From positions 2,035 to 66,034 of the forward strand of contig JASHPY010000077.1 in the NCBI GenBank assembly GCA_030037855.1: 64,000 nucleotides of DNA, in the 5' to 3' direction. The notes under the pieces are model-generated. The model ran no database searches. It was not told where the DNA came from and was given only the letters and a program-made list of their open reading frames with translations. This document shows, piece after piece, positions 63,688 through 64,000 of this stretch (within the stretch, counting starts at the first letter, position 1; the number at the start of each line of letters is the position of its first letter). Source of the stretch: Thermoplasmata archaeon. Lineage in GTDB: Archaea; Thermoplasmatota; Thermoplasmata; Lutacidiplasmatales; UBA184. Made by a program: the position numbers and the translations under genes.

Positions 63688-64000
63688 TCAGGGGACCGGG
63701 TCCGTGAGCCGGAGCAGCGCCGCGGGGCCGAGCAGCGCGTCGACCTCCGCCGCCGTCAGGAGCTTTCGTTCAACGAGGAGCTCCTTCACGGGACGGCCGG
63801 TGCGTTCCGACTCGTGGAGAAGCTCGGCGACCTTGAGGTAGCCGAGCTTCGGCGTGAGCACGGTCGCGAGCGCGGCGGACTCGGCCAGGAAGCGCTCCAT
63901 CCGGCCCGGGTTCGCCGTGATCCCGTCCACGCAGGTCCGCGCGAAGACCGGGAGGTAGCGGGTCAATATCTCGGCGGCGAAGAGGACCTCGTACGCGGCG
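63688..64000 (-). CDS. class II fumarate hydratase / aspartate ammonia-lyase family, C-terminal part (5' end outside window)
   Basis: C-terminal domain blocks CVDGITANPGRMERFLAES...TPKLGYLKVAEL...TAAEVDALLGPAAL. The gene continues past position 64000. Confidence 0.7.
   Translation of the reverse strand, partial: AAYEVLFAAEILTRYLPVFARTCVDGITANPGRMERFLAESAALATVLTPKLGYLKVAELLHESERTGRPVKELLVERKLLTAAEVDALLGPAALLRLTDPVP

Noticed and set aside
1-64000. CRISPR arrays, rRNA/tRNA genes, IS elements or integrase genes
   Set aside because: No direct-repeat arrays, no transposase or integrase-like ORFs and no rRNA-like low-coding stretches were seen. Coding density is near-continuous.

Overview
This 64 kb window is a high-GC (about 70%) archaeal chromosomal segment, densely coded on both strands. 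Gene content points to a non-halophilic Thermoplasmatota-like lineage: thermopsin-like secreted peptidase, tricorn-interacting factor F1 homologue, DUF373, Spt4, RpoE, archaeal type II GAPDH, archaeal-type ProRS, DUF359 (archaeal GTP-dependent dephospho-CoA kinase) and a class III signal-peptide pilin. I found no rRNA, tRNA or CRISPR array by eye. Most of the long six-frame ORFs rich in R/P/A are antisense or out-of-frame artefacts of the high GC; real genes were picked by recognisable families, third-position GC and operon logic.

The 5' third is an accessory-like stretch of repair and detoxification genes: a YcaQ/AlkZ-like glycosylase, Tag, two DinB paralogues, five VOC/glyoxalase domains, two GNATs, an MBL hydrolase, an M14 carboxypeptidase, two ABC-2 exporters, a TetR-MFS efflux pair, an SDR and a PEP-mutase-family gene. 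The middle carries the unusual material: a bacterial-type class III adenylate cyclase fused to TPR repeats, with a stand-alone cNMP-binding protein 9 kb away. It also holds a TATA-driven two-gene cassette with a Pol-beta-type nucleotidyltransferase fold, next to a membrane-anchored multi-CxxC zinc-finger protein. Other middle-segment items are a PadR operon with a perfect 18-bp operator over a leaderless start, a zinc-ribbon/scramblase-like (LOR) fusion, a mini RPA-like OB-fold protein, and an orphan MobA-small Cys protein-FdhD molybdoenzyme-maturation trio. The 3' third is core archaeal: DUF359-spt4-rpoE with 4-nt overlaps, gap, acyl-CoA dehydrogenase, thiL, gdhA, a PRTase, proS, UbiE/MenG, an aminotransferase, Trm5, TrmB and a partial fumarase/aspartase. 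A paralogous STAND NTPase/TPR gene pair sits among them.

Many genes have a TATA-like AT island about 25-30 nt upstream of the start codon, consistent with leaderless mRNAs. Internal operon genes instead use GGAGG-type RBSs and ATGA/GTGA overlaps. All family assignments rest on motif-level recognition from the translated ORFs, with no database search.
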